A DNA stretch of 61,708 nucleotides from an uncultured Lentisphaerota bacterium (GCA_903896595.1 CAITYL010000060.1:1-61708), one strand, 5' to 3'. Shown: positions 30,239 to 42,931, counted from the first letter of the stretch. Notes: generated by a model not told the origin, from the letters alone. Translations and numbers: made by a program.

Positions 30239-32776
30239 ATGCCCACACCTTTGCATATCACCATCGACTGCCGGCAGGAGCACGCCGCCGACACCTATTT
30301 TGCCATGGGGGCGACGCGCATCGTCGACAGTCCGGCCGGCACCTATCGCGAGGCGGCGGCCAAGCCGCTGGCGCGCTTCGGCTATCGCTTCCAAATCAAG
30401 CACATTGGCCGGCCGCACGTGGCTATCATCCGTTACCCGGACGACAAACGCCGGTTCATGATCATCAGTGACGGCACCGGTTACGATCTCTCCACCGGCG
30501 TAACCACCGGGCATGCCTACCCGGTCAGCGGCGCGATGTGCGAACTGCGCCAGATTTTCTGGCCGCGCTGGCATGACTGCAGCCTCTGCTTTATGACCTG
30601 GGGCCACGGGGAGCCCGCCGCCGTGGCCAGCCTTGAGATTCAGGAACTGCCGGAAGGACTGCCACCGTTGGCCCTGCCCGCCGGCGGCGCCGCCCCGGGA
30701 CGCGACCTGGGCATCCAATACGAGGATCCGTGCGGCACCGGCGCCAGCGAGGGCGCGGCCACCTTCGACCAATGGCTGGACCATGTCGTAACCTACGCAC
30801 GGCATACCGGGCAAAACCTGCTTGCCTATCCGATCTGCTGGTATCATGGCCCGTGGTTCCCGTCCCGCCGTGAACGCGCGGACGCCTTTTCCGTCGTGGT
30901 CGCCGCCGACCGCAAACAATACATCGCCTGGACGGACGATCCCCCCGACTGGCCCGCCACGCTGCTGGAGCGGTTTGACCGGGAAGGCCTGTCCTTCCAG
31001 GGCGTGCTGACCCTGCTGCGGCTAAGCTCGCTGATGGCCAAAGCCAACCCTGACCTCAAGGCGATCCAGGCCGGGGCCGACACCATCAATAACCTGCTGT
31101 GGAACGACCAGGTCCAGGCCGGCACCATGGACTGGACCCCCATCTACAACACGCTCAACTACCCGGAACTCCTCAAACGCCCCAACCCGTTGGGGGTGGG
31201 CGCCGATTTCGCCTGGGCTTATGGCGAGAAAACCGGCCAGCAACTCGCCCCCGGCGAAAGCTGTCCCATCGGCCCCATGTTCAACCCGTTGCATCCGGTC
31301 GTTCAGGAGGCGGTGGTCGGCCTGGTGCGCGAGATCGCCGAACGCTACGGCCGGTTTGCCTCGTTCAAGGGGGTCGCCATCACGATGTGGGCGCCGACCC
31401 TGATCTGGTTCGGCTCCATTCATTCGGGCTATGACGATTACTCGGTGGGGCTGTTCGAACAGGAAACCGGCATTCACGTGCCCGTGGAACCCACGGCGCC
31501 GAACCGTTTTTCACGGCGCTACGAGTTTCTGACCTATGCCTGCCGGGCGGCGTGGGTGGCCTGGCGCTGCCGCCACCTGCACGCCCTGGCCTGCCGCATG
31601 CGCGACGCCCTGGTCCAGGTTCGCCCCGACCTGCGGCTGACCTTGAACCTGTGGAGCGAACCGTTCGTCCCCGCCGTGCTCGGAGCGGGCCAGGCGCAAC
31701 AGCAGCTTGGCGCCCGGCCCAGTACCTGCGATTTGTACCGCGACGCCGGCATCGACCCGGAGCTGTTCCAAGACACCCCCAATGTCGAGCTGGATCTTCA
31801 GACCGAGGGCGGCGGCCGCGACCGCACGCCGGGCAATCTCGATCCGGCGCCGCTGGAAAATTTCTTCATGTTCCGCGACCACGACTTCCTGGACGGCAAA
31901 ATGTTACATGCGGCGGCCCGGCAACACCATCCCGGGGCCTTCATCTTCAATGCCTGGCATGAGGCCTGGGGGGAATGGAAGTGGTTCCCCTGCGAGACGA
32001 ACGACCCCAACCTCCCGGCCGTTTCCGAAGTCTACGGCCAACCGACCGCCACGGTGTTCCGCATCAATTCCGAATACCCGAAGGACGGCTTTTGGTGGGA
32101 CTCGCAGTTGCGGATCACCGCCGCCTACCCGCCGGCCCCGCATTTCCTGGAACCCTACGCCCACGCCTTGGCGGAGTTGGATGCCTGCCGGATCACCCGC
32201 GGCGGTCTGTTCCTCGACAAATGCCATGGCGACGAAATCCGGCACTTTGCCCTGGCGTTCCGCGCCCTGCCGGCGGAAAAATTCGACCCCGTGGGCACCT
32301 CGACCGATCCCGTGGCGGTGCGTACCCTGGTCACCGGCGGCCGACGCTATCTGTACCTGGTCAACCGTGAGTATTACCCGGTGGCGGTGGATCTGGCCTT
32401 CGCCAAAAATCCCGGACCGCTGACCGACCTGGCGAACGGGGAGACGATGCCCGGCACCGCCCACGTCACCCTCACCCTGGCCCCTTACGAACTGCGGTCA
32501 CTGGCCTTGGCCCCGGATGCCGCCGTCCCGCAAGTCACCGTCCGTCCGCCGCCCGCGATCATCGCCGCGCTGCAAACTCAAGCGGCCGATGCGCTGGCGG
32601 ATATCCAGGACACCCAGGCCGCCGGCCAGTTCATTGCGGGTTTGACGGAGCTGGCTACTGGCATCCAAGCCGCCGTGAAGGAACAACGCTGGGCTTGGCT
32701 GCGCCACGCCCTCACCTCCTATCCCGTCTGCAAGTCCCGCGAACTCCGCACCCGGACCACCCAAACAGCTGCATAA
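30239..32776 (+). CDS. Putative glycoside hydrolase (GHL10-like TIM barrel)
   Basis: YARHTGQNLLAYPICWY, MFNPLHPVVQEAV..LVREIAERY..FKGV, GYDDYSVGLFEQETG, C-terminal YLYLVN. GAAGGA RBS before MPTPL. No signal peptide. Confidence 0.65.
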   Translation: MPTPLHITIDCRQEHAADTYFAMGATRIVDSPAGTYREAAAKPLARFGYRFQIKHIGRPHVAIIRYPDDKRRFMIISDGTGYDLSTGVTTGHAYPVSGAMCELRQIFWPRWHDCSLCFMTWGHGEPAAVASLEIQELPEGLPPLALPAGGAAPGRDLGIQYEDPCGTGASEGAATFDQWLDHVVTYARHTGQNLLAYPICWYHGPWFPSRRERADAFSVVVAADRKQYIAWTDDPPDWPATLLERFDREGLSFQGVLTLLRLSSLMAKANPDLKAIQAGADTINNLLWNDQVQAGTMDWTPIYNTLNYPELLKRPNPLGVGADFAWAYGEKTGQQLAPGESCPIGPMFNPLHPVVQEAVVGLVREIAERYGRFASFKGVAITMWAPTLIWFGSIHSGYDDYSVGLFEQETGIHVPVEPTAPNRFSRRYEFLTYACRAAWVAWRCRHLHALACRMRDALVQVRPDLRLTLNLWSEPFVPAVLGAGQAQQQLGARPSTCDLYRDAGIDPELFQDTPNVELDLQTEGGGRDRTPGNLDPAPLENFFMFRDHDFLDGKMLHAAARQHHPGAFIFNAWHEAWGEWKWFPCETNDPNLPAVSEVYGQPTATVFRINSEYPKDGFWWDSQLRITAAYPPAPHFLEPYAHALAELDACRITRGGLFLDKCHGDEIRHFALAFRALPAEKFDPVGTSTDPVAVRTLVTGGRRYLYLVNREYYPVAVDLAFAKNPGPLTDLANGETMPGTAHVTLTLAPYELRSLALAPDAAVPQVTVRPPPAIIAALQTQAADALADIQDTQAAGQFIAGLTELATGIQAAVKEQRWAWLRHALTSYPVCKSRELRTRTTQTAA

Positions 32777-32787
32777 CGTTATCGTCA

Positions 32788-32987
32788 GTTGGGGCCACCC
32801 TTTTGAAAAAGGGTGCTCCCCCCGCGCTTCGCGCTTCGCAGTCCCGGCTCCGCCGGGTCGCTCACATGTTCGCTCTGCACCCCCCTTCCTAAAACTTTTG
32901 TTTCGTTTTGCGGAATCCGCAAAAGGCACAAAAAGGTTTGACGGAGGGCTTGGGAACCGCCTTTCCTCAAAAGGGGGTTCCCAACAT
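32788..32987. mobile_element. Family B element, copy 2
   Basis: GTTGGGGCCACCCTTTTG...CCCCTTCCTAAAACTTTTGTTTC...AAAAAGGTTTGACGGAGGG..TGGGAACCGCCTTTCC...GGGGGTTCCCAACAT. The central hairpin is TTTTGCGGAATCCGCAAAA. Confidence 0.7.
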
Positions 32988-33000
32988 CATACACCCACCC

Positions 33001-33036
33001 AAAAATCAAGGCGCGCCTCTTGCGAAGCGCGCCTTG
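33001..33036 (-). terminator. Rho-independent terminator of the small lipoprotein gene
   Basis: 10-bp stem CAAGGCGCGC / GCGCGCCTTG followed by ATTTTT on the minus strand. Confidence 0.7.
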
Positions 33037-33071
33037 GGTATGCGTTCCGCCATTCGAGGCGGACGAGCGGA

Positions 33072-33284
33072 TTACTTGTTCAGCAGGCCGCTGGCGGCCT
33101 TCTTGGCCTCTTCGGCCTTCTTGTCGGCATCCTTCTGGGCGGCGGCGGCATCCTTCTCGGCGGACGCCACGGCGGCATTGGCATCGTCCTTCATCTGGGT
33201 CTGGGTGTCTTTCTTGCCGCACCCGACCACCAGGAATGAGCCAACCACCGCGGCCATCACCAACAGAGTCGTGAGTTTCTTCAT
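33072..33284 (-). CDS. Small Ala/Lys-rich lipoprotein
   Basis: MKKLTTLLVMAAVVGSFLVVG-C lipobox; GGGGAG RBS; 70 aa. Confidence 0.85.
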   Translation of the reverse strand: MKKLTTLLVMAAVVGSFLVVGCGKKDTQTQMKDDANAAVASAEKDAAAAQKDADKKAEEAKKAASGLLNK

Positions 33285-33437
33285 GCCACATCTCCCCGTT
33301 TTTTTTGAGATCACGTTCCGACAGGCGGACACACCGGCGTCCCCCTGCCCTCAACGGTCTGCGCATCCATGCCGCACCCCGTCAAAACTAGGGTAAGGTA
33401 GCGGGCCGTACAAACAATGGCAAACGCTCCGGCACGG

Positions 33438-33504
33438 CGGGTGTATGACACAGTTGGGAACCCCCTTTTGAGGAAAGGCGGTTCCCAAACCCTCCGTCAA
33501 ACCT
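33438..33504. repeat. Family B element, inverted half copy
   Basis: CGGGTGTATGACACAGTTGGGAACCCCCTTTTGAGGAAAGGCGGTTCCCAAACCCTCCGTCAAACCT. Confidence 0.8.
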
Positions 33505-33514
33505 ATCATTCACC

Positions 33515-33552
33515 AAAAACCAACGGCGGCCGGGAATGCCGGCCGCCGTTGG
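33515..33552 (-). terminator. Rho-independent terminator of gap
   Basis: 14-bp perfect stem CCAACGGCGGCCGG / CCGGCCGCCGTTGG followed by TTTTT on the minus strand. Confidence 0.8.
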
Positions 33553-33638
33553 GATGAAGTCACCGTATCACCGTCCTCAATTCCAAACCATCCCACAGAA
33601 GGGAATGGCCCGGCGCCAAGGACGGCCGGGAACCTGGA

Positions 33639-34715
<1,077 letters not shown>

Positions 34716-34879
34716 TTAGCGTTTTTGCTCAGTTGCGTTAATGATTTGCCCGCGGTCAGTCGGTCGTCCAGCCATCGTTGTCACCCGCCTCACGCGGAAT
34801 TTCCCAACAACTACGCCAAACACCGACAAAAAGACTGATTAAATATATTCATTCAATCGCGGAACTCAATAGGGTGTCG

Positions 34880-35022
34880 GTTGGGAACCCCCTTTTGCGG
34901 ATTCCGCAGGCCGCCCCTGTTGCCCTAATCGTGGATGGTTGCACTGGAGCGGCCTGCGGAATCCGCAAAGGGATCACCCTTTTTCAAAAGGGTGGCCCCA
35001 ACATCTTCCGACAAAACGTCAT
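34880..35022. mobile_element. Family B/C chimeric element overlapping the kinase 3' end
   Basis: GTTGGGAACCCCCTTTT-[family C hairpin]-CACCCTTTTTCAAAAGGGTGGCCCCAACATCTTCCGACAAAACGTCAT. Confidence 0.7.
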
Positions 35023-38000
35023 GCGCCCCGCCCGCGGTGGCGTTCATGGCCATTCCCGGCCGCATGGCGTCCTTCAGCCGGTTGAACGCGACTTGCAAGT
35101 CGGCCATACGGGCCGTGGCGGCGGCCAAGTCGCCGGCCTTGGCCGCCTTCTCCATCTCGAATGCCACCGCGCGCAAGGTTTCGCCGCTGACGTTGGCAGC
35201 AGCCCCCCGGATGCTGTGGGCTTGGCGTTCGGCGCCGGGGGTGTCTCCGGCCTCCAGACAGCCCCGCAACAGTTCAATCTGCCCGGGCATGGTTTCCAGA
35301 AACATCTTTTGCACGGTCCGCATCAGCTCCTCGTCACCCATCAGGCGCTCCAGCAGTGCCGTCCGGTCAAAGACCACCCCGGCCTTCTCCGCTGGCAACC
35401 ACTTCTCCAGCACCCCGGCGAGGGTGTGCGGGGTCACCGGCTTGGAGACATAGTCGTTCATACCGGCTTCCAGACAGCGTTCCCGGTCGCCCTGCATGGC
35501 ATTGGCGGTCATGGCGATGATGGGCACGCGATGGTTGCGGACGGCGGATTGCGGGTTGCGGATGCGGCGCGTGGCCTCGAAACCATCCATCTCCGGCATC
35601 TGCACATCCATCAGCACCAGATCATAAGGGAGAGTTTCGAGCGCCGTGATGGCTTCGGTGCCGTTGGCCACGGCGTCCGCGCGCAGGCCCAAATTCTTCA
35701 GAATGCCCACCGCCACCAACTGATTGGTGATATTGTCCTCGGCCAGCAAGATGCGAACCGTCCCCTGGTCGAGCTTGTGGACCGCCTGGCGCGCGACCAT
35801 GGGGTGCCGGGCCGTCGTCAGGTTGTTTCCGGCTAAAACGGTGGCCAGGCAGGTAAAGAGATCCGCCTGCCGCACCGGCTTGGTCAGGCAGGCGGCGAAG
35901 CCCATTTCAGTGGTGTGCCGGGTATCCCCCCGTTGGCCCAACGAGGTCAACAGGACCAACGGAATCCCCTTCAGGGTTTCGTCAGACTTGATCGCCCGCG
36001 CCACCGCCACGCCGTCCATGCCGGGCATCTGCATGTCAAGGATGACCGCCTGGAAGGGATCGCCGGCGTCCCGAGCCACCCGGAGCGCCTGCAAGGCGGA
36101 AAGACCGTCCGGGACCGCTTCCTGGCGCACCCCCCTGGATTGGAGCTGAGCCTTCAGCACATCGCGGTTGGTCGCGTTGTCGTCCACCACCAGAATGTGT
36201 GCCCCGCGAAGGTCGGCCAGCGGCGTAGCCTTGCGCACCGGTTCAGGCTGCTTGGCAAACCGCGCCGTAAACCAGAACTCCGAACCTTTTCCCGGTTCGC
36301 TGTCAATGCCAATTTCGCCGCCCATCATTTCAACCAACTGCTTTGAAATCGCCAATCCCAGGCCAAAACCGCCGTACTGGCGGGTGGTCGAGGCATCCAC
36401 CTGGCTGAACTTTTGAAAGAGAAGACTGCGCTTCTCCGCCGGAATGCCGATACCGGTATCCTTGATCGAAAAACGAATCAGTGCCTGAGTGCTGGTTTCC
36501 GACACCAGAGTTGCCCGTACCGCCACCTCGCCGTGATGGGTGAATTTCACCGCGTTGCCGACCAAATTGACCAGCACCTGGCGCAGACGCCCGGGATCGC
36601 CGCAAAGGTAGGCCGGGAGATCCGGCGCGACGGCGCAGATGAATTCGAGCCCCTTTTCCTGGGCGCGCAGGGCCAGGGGTGCGGCAAAATCGTCCAACAG
36701 GGCGTGCAGGTCGAAATCCAAGGTTTCCAGGAACAGCTTATGCGCTTCCATCTTGGAAAAATCCAAAATATCATTGAGCAACGCCATCAGCGACTCGCCG
36801 CTGGAACGGATGGTTTCCGCATATTGACGCTGCTCGCGGCTGAGTTCGGAATCCAACAACAGCCCCGTCATCCCGATCACCCCGTTCATGGGAGTGCGAA
36901 TTTCATGGCTCATGTTGGCCAAAAACTCACTCTTGGCAGTGTTGGCCTGCTCGGCCCGCGTCCGGCTGATTTCGAGTTGGCGATTGGTCTCCTCAAGTGC
37001 CGCCTCCGCCTGCTTGCGGGCGGAGATGTCAACGAAGCATTCCAGCAGTTTTTCCTGACCATTCAACTGGATCCGTTTCACCGTTTTCAAAATTGCCAGG
37101 CGGCTGCCGTCCTTCCGTACCATCTCCCGCTCCGAGTTGTCCACCGTCTTGCCCAAATCGCACACGGGGCAGGCCCCCTCGGAAGCGGGACAGACGAGCG
37201 CATGGCACCGGTGACCCACCAAATGATCCACCGGGGCGCCAAAGAGGACCGCCACATGGTCATTGACCCGCTCGATGACCCGCGTCACCGGGTCCACAAT
37301 AATCACGCCGGCCGGAAGACTGTCCAGGAGCGTGCGTTGCAGAGCCTCGCTGTCACGGAACGCCACGGTTCGCTCGCCGACCAGGCGTTCAAGTTCCTCG
37401 CGCCGGCGAAGGAACGTGCTGATCATAATCACGATCGCCGCCGTGAGCAGCAGGCCGATCGGGGTGGTCTGCCAGCCCGCCCGCACCGGATACAATTCCA
37501 TAAACGCCGGTCCGGCGTAGGCCGTCACGGCAATGACTTTACCAAACGCACAGACAGGACGCGTGGTGGAAAGCCCCGCGGACAGAGGGGTGCCGGCAGC
37601 CCAGGCGGAGGAAAGTGGCTCGGGCTCCGCGGCACTCTTGCCCAACGGCGAAATTTCCAGGAGAATGGAGTCGTCATTATCGGCGACCACCATCAGAGAC
37701 CCCAGCCGCAACACGACCGCCACGAAACCGCGCAACCGTTTCGGTTGCCCGCCGCCAAAGACCGGCCGGTAAATCACCATCCCCTGGCTGCCGGTCGTTT
37801 GCACCAAGGTGATGGGGTCGGCAGCCGTCGCCAAGCCGGTGCGCATCGCCTCTTCGAGGGCCGCGCGGCGGAGCGGGTCCGAACCGATATCGTAGCCCAG
37901 GACGCCGGCGTTGTCCGTCAGGGGAGCCACTTGAAAAACGGGATAGTACGCCGGCCGGCCGGTCGCCGGCGTCCGTTTTTCGTTCGCGTTATGCTGCCAG

Positions 38001-39058
38001 ATTTCAAACCCCTTCACTCCCGTCGCGCGGGCCTCTGTCTCGAAGCGGGTCTTATCGGTCGCCGCCACGACCGGAATCCATTCCCACGCCAAAAACGCCG
38101 GGCTCTTCGCCAGATAAGAGGTAAACTGCCCGAATTCCTCGGCCGTGACGGTCGCGCGCGCCTCGTAGAAACGCGCCAGTTCCTCCAATCCGGTCGTGCG
38201 AAGGTCACGCAACTCTTCGGCAATCGCTTCGGTCCGGCTTTCCGCCAGTTGCACAAAAGCCAGGTTGCGGTTATGGATTACACGGTCGCGGACCATCCAG
38301 GCGGCAAACAGCGTCAAAATCAACCCGACCGCGGCCGCCAAGACCGGTTCGAGGTGCCACATCCAGGGCGGTGGCGTCCCGGCCATCCGGGAACGCCGGG
38401 CCAGTAATGCCGAGCCAACCAGCAGGGTCACGACCAGCGCCAGGGTGGGCAACACCACGGGCAGCACGGCGCGGGCCAGGGTCCAATTCCAAGCGCGGGC
38501 GTCGATATCCATGCCCAGAACGGCGAGAACGCTTCCCGTGCCCGTGTTTTGCGGGTCATGGATCGGGACCAGCGCCGAAACCCAAGTCCCCCAGCGGTCG
38601 GACGATGGCCCTTCGGTCACCACGACACGGGTATCAAAAACCCGGCGAAACGTTTCCGACGCCTCCTCGTAAAGCTGCCCGGGTGGCGAGTAATTCTCCG
38701 CGGCGGCCGGTTCGCTGTCCATGAAGAAAAACGGCGTATCATCGGCCGCTGCCGCCGGCGCGGCAGACCGTTCACCCCGCCGCCCCGTCAGGTAGAGAAA
38801 ACGACATTGCGGAATGGCCGCGCGGATGGTGGTAAGCTGGCCCTTGAGCCGCTGATAGACGGGCTGCTCCACGTCCGCGGCCGTCCCGGTGAGCGCCCGA
38901 ACGTGATCAAGATTCAACGCCTGCGCCACCAAGCGCGCCTGCCGGATCAATTCCCCGCGCAGGTCATGATCGGCCCGCACCACCGTCCAGCGGGAAAACC
39001 AAGCCCCGGCCACGAGAATGACCAAGAGCAAAAACAGCGTCAGACGCGGAATTTTCAT
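34925..39058 (-). CDS. Hybrid sensor histidine kinase (Cache-like, CHASE, PAS, HisKA, HATPase, REC, REC, Hpt)
   Basis: [30 protein letters not shown], two receiver domains (ILDMQMP, LMDVQMP), Hpt [15 protein letters not shown]-like YYPVF..P...LGYD. Confidence 0.95.
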   Translation of the reverse strand: MKIPRLTLFLLLVILVAGAWFSRWTVVRADHDLRGELIRQARLVAQALNLDHVRALTGTAADVEQPVYQRLKGQLTTIRAAIPQCRFLYLTGRRGERSAAPAAAADDTPFFFMDSEPAAAENYSPPGQLYEEASETFRRVFDTRVVVTEGPSSDRWGTWVSALVPIHDPQNTGTGSVLAVLGMDIDARAWNWTLARAVLPVVLPTLALVVTLLVGSALLARRSRMAGTPPPWMWHLEPVLAAAVGLILTLFAAWMVRDRVIHNRNLAFVQLAESRTEAIAEELRDLRTTGLEELARFYEARATVTAEEFGQFTSYLAKSPAFLAWEWIPVVAATDKTRFETEARATGVKGFEIWQHNANEKRTPATGRPAYYPVFQVAPLTDNAGVLGYDIGSDPLRRAALEEAMRTGLATAADPITLVQTTGSQGMVIYRPVFGGGQPKRLRGFVAVVLRLGSLMVVADNDDSILLEISPLGKSAAEPEPLSSAWAAGTPLSAGLSTTRPVCAFGKVIAVTAYAGPAFMELYPVRAGWQTTPIGLLLTAAIVIMISTFLRRREELERLVGERTVAFRDSEALQRTLLDSLPAGVIIVDPVTRVIERVNDHVAVLFGAPVDHLVGHRCHALVCPASEGACPVCDLGKTVDNSEREMVRKDGSRLAILKTVKRIQLNGQEKLLECFVDISARKQAEAALEETNRQLEISRTRAEQANTAKSEFLANMSHEIRTPMNGVIGMTGLLLDSELSREQRQYAETIRSSGESLMALLNDILDFSKMEAHKLFLETLDFDLHALLDDFAAPLALRAQEKGLEFICAVAPDLPAYLCGDPGRLRQVLVNLVGNAVKFTHHGEVAVRATLVSETSTQALIRFSIKDTGIGIPAEKRSLLFQKFSQVDASTTRQYGGFGLGLAISKQLVEMMGGEIGIDSEPGKGSEFWFTARFAKQPEPVRKATPLADLRGAHILVVDDNATNRDVLKAQLQSRGVRQEAVPDGLSALQALRVARDAGDPFQAVILDMQMPGMDGVAVARAIKSDETLKGIPLVLLTSLGQRGDTRHTTEMGFAACLTKPVRQADLFTCLATVLAGNNLTTARHPMVARQAVHKLDQGTVRILLAEDNITNQLVAVGILKNLGLRADAVANGTEAITALETLPYDLVLMDVQMPEMDGFEATRRIRNPQSAVRNHRVPIIAMTANAMQGDRERCLEAGMNDYVSKPVTPHTLAGVLEKWLPAEKAGVVFDRTALLERLMGDEELMRTVQKMFLETMPGQIELLRGCLEAGDTPGAERQAHSIRGAAANVSGETLRAVAFEMEKAAKAGDLAAATARMADLQVAFNRLKDAMRPGMAMNATAGGAHDVLSEDVGATLLKKGDPFADSAGRSSATIHD

Positions 39059-39236
39059 GATATATCATAGGGCATAACACAACTCCGTCAAGAGGCGGGT
39101 CGTGACCGGCCACCTCCGTTTATAGATTTATAACGCGTCAGGGTGAAAAATCAATTAAACCGCAAATTGCCGCTTTTTAATTTCGCATGATAAGGTATGG
39201 CGTTGATTCAGTTTAGGTACGACAAAGGAGACCCGC

Positions 39237-41174
39237 ATGAAGAGGGGATTGCGCCTGGGGTTGCTCGTGATCGTTTGGGTGGGCGCGGCAACCGTCTCCA
39301 CCTTGGCCGGAGAACCAGAGTCGGTGATCCAGCTCAAAGAGCGCAGCGGACGGGACCCCTACAACTGGACGCTGTACAACGAATTGGGCATGGAGTACTA
39401 CAAGTACCGCTGGTACGACGAAGCCATCACCGCGTTCCGGCAGGCGTTGGCGGTCCACGGCATGTCCCGCCAGATCAAGGCGGAACAGCTCCAGAACGCC
39501 GCCCGCAAGGAAGAAATTGCGGCGCAGAACAAGCAGGCGGAACTCGTCAAACGGCAGCAGGAAAATGCCGCGGCGGCCCAGGCGCTGGGGATCTTGATTG
39601 GCGGCATGGGCGGCATGGGGGGATTGGGCGGCATGGATGGACTGGCCGCGAATATGGCCATGCAAACCGCCGGCGGCGCGGCCCAGGCGGCACTGGCAAT
39701 GGATGCGGCGGGGGCCGTGCAGCGGAAGGATACCGGCATGCTGTCGGACGTCCAGGCCAACCGCGACATCGCCGGCATCCTCTTCAATCTCGGCCGCGCG
39801 CAATACGCCCGGTTGTCGTTTTCCGATGCGATCCAAGCCTTTGACGAAGCGAGAAAAACGGATCCCGCGCTGACTGTCGCGGCGTATTGGGTGGCGGAAG
39901 CCAACTACCAGCAGGGGCGGTTCGCCAAGGCGCTGGAGGGGTTGTTCACCTTCACCACCGTGGTCAACGCCCCAAACCGCCCGGTCTGCCTCCTGCGCGC
40001 CGCCAATGCCTACCGCGGGTTGGAGATGGCGAAAGAAGCGGACCGTTGCTTCGCCGACGCCGTGCAACCATACGAACTGGCGCTCAAAGCGGACTCGAAG
40101 GATGCCGCCGCCCTGCGCAACCTCGGCGACCTTTATGCCGGCCGGGACGATTCAGCCCGGGCGCTGGACTGCTACCAGCGCTTTCTGGGCCTCGCCCCCA
40201 ATGACGCCTCGGTCCTGCTCGCCGCCGCGGCAGCCGCCTATAATTCAGGCGCGTTTGACCTGGCGCTGGGGTATCTGGCCCGTCTGGAACAACCGACCAC
40301 GCCGCTCCAGATCGTCACGTACGCGAACTATATGAAGGGACTGATCCTGCTGGACACCGGCAAGACAGATGTCGCCAAGGCCGCCTTCGACCGGGCCGTG
40401 GCCGACAACACCTTGGTTCCGCCGCCATCGCACGTGGTCGCCGCCAAAGCGCTGGGCGGCGACCAGGAGGAGGGGCTGCGCTGGTTGAACCGCGAAGTGT
40501 TCGACAATCCCTTCAGCCCCAGCGCCTGCCCAAACATGTACCGCCTGGGCCGGGTTCTGCAGATGCGCAACGAACCGGCCAAGGCACTGGAACTGTATGC
40601 GCGCTGCCTGGCCGTCCAGCCGGGCTACGGCCCTGCCCAACGCGCAGCCCAGGGACTGGAACAGCAGCTGGCCAAGCCCCGCGCAACGGCCGAACAGCAG
40701 GGCGACGCCCAGGCCGGACAAAAGCAGTTCGCCGATGCCGCGCGGGCCTATGCGGATGCCCTGCGCCTGACGGCGGCCGGCCCGCGCTGGGATGCGCTCA
40801 TGACCAAACTCACCACCTGCGTGGCGGCGCTGGAAACGCCCCCGCCAATGACGACGGAAGGCATGCGCCATTTCCTGCGCGGCAACGCCGCCCTCAAGGT
40901 GGAAAACCGCATGCCCGCCGACATCGCCCGCGCCATCTCGGAATATCGCTGGGCGCTGGTTGAATCGCCCTGGGCGCCCGTGATCCTCAAGCACCTGGCG
41001 GTCGCCTATATGCTCAACGGCCAATACCAGGCCGCCGGCAACGGCCTGAAAACGTTCCTCGCCACCCATCCCAAACCGGCGGAGGCCAGTGACGCCCTGG
41101 AGGCGTTCTATCGCGCCGAGTTCCTACTCGAAACCCAGCGTTCCGCCCTGGCCGCCCTGTGCCCCGGACAATGA
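39237..41174 (+). CDS. Secreted tetratricopeptide-repeat protein
   Basis: Signal peptide; many TPR units (YNELGMEYY..YDEAITAFRQAL; ALRNLGDLY..ALDCYQRFL); AAGGAG RBS. Confidence 0.88.
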   Translation: MKRGLRLGLLVIVWVGAATVSTLAGEPESVIQLKERSGRDPYNWTLYNELGMEYYKYRWYDEAITAFRQALAVHGMSRQIKAEQLQNAARKEEIAAQNKQAELVKRQQENAAAAQALGILIGGMGGMGGLGGMDGLAANMAMQTAGGAAQAALAMDAAGAVQRKDTGMLSDVQANRDIAGILFNLGRAQYARLSFSDAIQAFDEARKTDPALTVAAYWVAEANYQQGRFAKALEGLFTFTTVVNAPNRPVCLLRAANAYRGLEMAKEADRCFADAVQPYELALKADSKDAAALRNLGDLYAGRDDSARALDCYQRFLGLAPNDASVLLAAAAAAYNSGAFDLALGYLARLEQPTTPLQIVTYANYMKGLILLDTGKTDVAKAAFDRAVADNTLVPPPSHVVAAKALGGDQEEGLRWLNREVFDNPFSPSACPNMYRLGRVLQMRNEPAKALELYARCLAVQPGYGPAQRAAQGLEQQLAKPRATAEQQGDAQAGQKQFADAARAYADALRLTAAGPRWDALMTKLTTCVAALETPPPMTTEGMRHFLRGNAALKVENRMPADIARAISEYRWALVESPWAPVILKHLAVAYMLNGQYQAAGNGLKTFLATHPKPAEASDALEAFYRAEFLLETQRSALAALCPGQ

Positions 41175-42931
41175 CCATCCCAGCAGCAAGAAAAATCAAA
41201 AAGGGGGGTGCCGCCGCCACCCTGCTCGGCCTCCTGCTCCTGGCCGGCCCTGACGCCGGCGCGGAAGATGTGCGGGCACGGCACCAGCAGGTCAACGGCC
41301 TGCTCAACCAGGCCATTTCCACGGCGAATTCCGATCCGCGAACGCGGGGCTACGCCAACCAGCTCCGCTCCCTGCAGAACCAGATGAACTCGGCCTTCAG
41401 CCATTACAACTCGTTGCCGCCGGGGCCGTTCACCCCAATCGCGCCGAACCACGCCCCCCTGGCCGGGCAAAGCCCCGTCACCACCGTCCAACCATTGCCC
41501 GGCAACCTCCCCGCCGCCAACCGGGTCCCGGCCGCCGCCGGCTTCATGATGGCATCCCCCCATGCCCCGGCTGACGCCGGTGCGCTCACCGCCGCCGCCG
41601 ACCCCTTGAGCCAGTCCGTCTTGAACACCGGCAGTTCCTTGGAAACCGAGGTATTGCGCACCGAACCGTCCCCCGTGACTGATGAACTGCGGACCGCCTT
41701 TCCTGTGGATGACAGCGGCGCAGTGGCCGCTTCCGGCGCCGGTCTCAGCTTCGGCACCAACCCGACAGCAAGCGCCGCCCCGGCCGGGGATGAGTGGAAC
41801 CGCCTGCTGGCGGACACGGACCAGACCCTGCGCCAAACCGATGACTGGCTCGCCGCCGCCCGCCAGGACCCGGCCATGCGGGAGGCGGTGGCGGTGATCG
41901 ACCAGGCGCGCCAAGCCCTGCGGGACGCCCAACAACTGTTGGAGCAGCAACAACTTGCCTCCCCCGACGGCAGCCGGCCCAGGCTGCAAGGCGACCTCCC
42001 GGACCTCTACGGCACCCGCCAATGGCTGCTGGCCGGCGGTTATGCCGACCGCTCGGTTTTCAGCCCGTTCCACATCGTACCGGCCGCCATTGCCACCCCA
42101 GCCCCGCCCGCCGGTAGCACTGCCACGCCCCTGGTCGTCGGCCCCGTGGCGTTCGCCGCCAGCACCGGTCAACCCTCCCAACAGCACGCCGGAAACCCGC
42201 CCTCCTGGAACGATCCCAACGTGGTGGACCTGCGCAACGCCGCCACTCTGGTGCCTGTCATCCCCGGCGGAAACGCCAGTGCCAAACTTCCCGCCACCAG
42301 CCTGTCAACCACGCCGGCAACGGCATCTTCCGCCGCGGGAACGCCGAACGGACCGGGAATCCCGCCGGCCGCCAGCGGTGATGACAGCACACCGGTTTCC
42401 CGCTTTGGCCCGATTCTTACCCCCCTATTGCCATCCCCGGAAAACCAGAAGATGCTCAATCTCCTGACCGACTACCTCAAAGCCGGTGCCGATGCCGGTT
42501 TGAATGAGGAAAAAGCCAAAGAGTTGTTGGATGACGCCCTGGCCGGCGGCACCGGTTACCTCGCGGCCACCGGAGAGCTCAAGGAAAAAGTGGAGGCGGT
42601 CCTGGAGCTCAAAGAGTTCTGGGACGCCGACACCGAAGGACGCGCCGAAATCATCGTTTCCGACGGCTGGGAAAAACTCACCGGCTCCATCTCCACGGCC
42701 GGCTTCACCCATGCCATCGTTGCGAAATCCTATACCACCATCACCGAAAAGGTCCTGGATAATTTTCAGAACAGTCTTGATGATTTTTTTAACGCCAACA
42801 ACATGCCAGGTGTCAACCTTCGCGAAGGCTTCATCGACTCGCTGACGTCCGGGCAACGCATCATCATGAACGTTCTTGAGCTGGACGAAACGTTCGCGGA
42901 TAAGCGGAATACCACAGACAAAAAAAAGTGA
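41171..42931 (+). CDS. Secreted Pro/Ala-rich hypothetical protein
   Basis: ATGA overlap with the TPR gene; signal-like N-terminus; low-complexity linkers; WNDPNVVDLR motif; acidic helical C-domain. Confidence 0.75.
   Translation: MTIPAARKIKKGGAAATLLGLLLLAGPDAGAEDVRARHQQVNGLLNQAISTANSDPRTRGYANQLRSLQNQMNSAFSHYNSLPPGPFTPIAPNHAPLAGQSPVTTVQPLPGNLPAANRVPAAAGFMMASPHAPADAGALTAAADPLSQSVLNTGSSLETEVLRTEPSPVTDELRTAFPVDDSGAVAASGAGLSFGTNPTASAAPAGDEWNRLLADTDQTLRQTDDWLAAARQDPAMREAVAVIDQARQALRDAQQLLEQQQLASPDGSRPRLQGDLPDLYGTRQWLLAGGYADRSVFSPFHIVPAAIATPAPPAGSTATPLVVGPVAFAASTGQPSQQHAGNPPSWNDPNVVDLRNAATLVPVIPGGNASAKLPATSLSTTPATASSAAGTPNGPGIPPAASGDDSTPVSRFGPILTPLLPSPENQKMLNLLTDYLKAGADAGLNEEKAKELLDDALAGGTGYLAATGELKEKVEAVLELKEFWDADTEGRAEIIVSDGWEKLTGSISTAGFTHAIVAKSYTTITEKVLDNFQNSLDDFFNANNMPGVNLREGFIDSLTSGQRIIMNVLELDETFADKRNTTDKKK

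Noticed and set aside
36355-36373. Kinase G2 box GGFGLG instead of GGTGLG as a sign of inactivity
   Set aside because: All glycines and the H, N, G1 and F boxes are intact; one substitution is not enough evidence.
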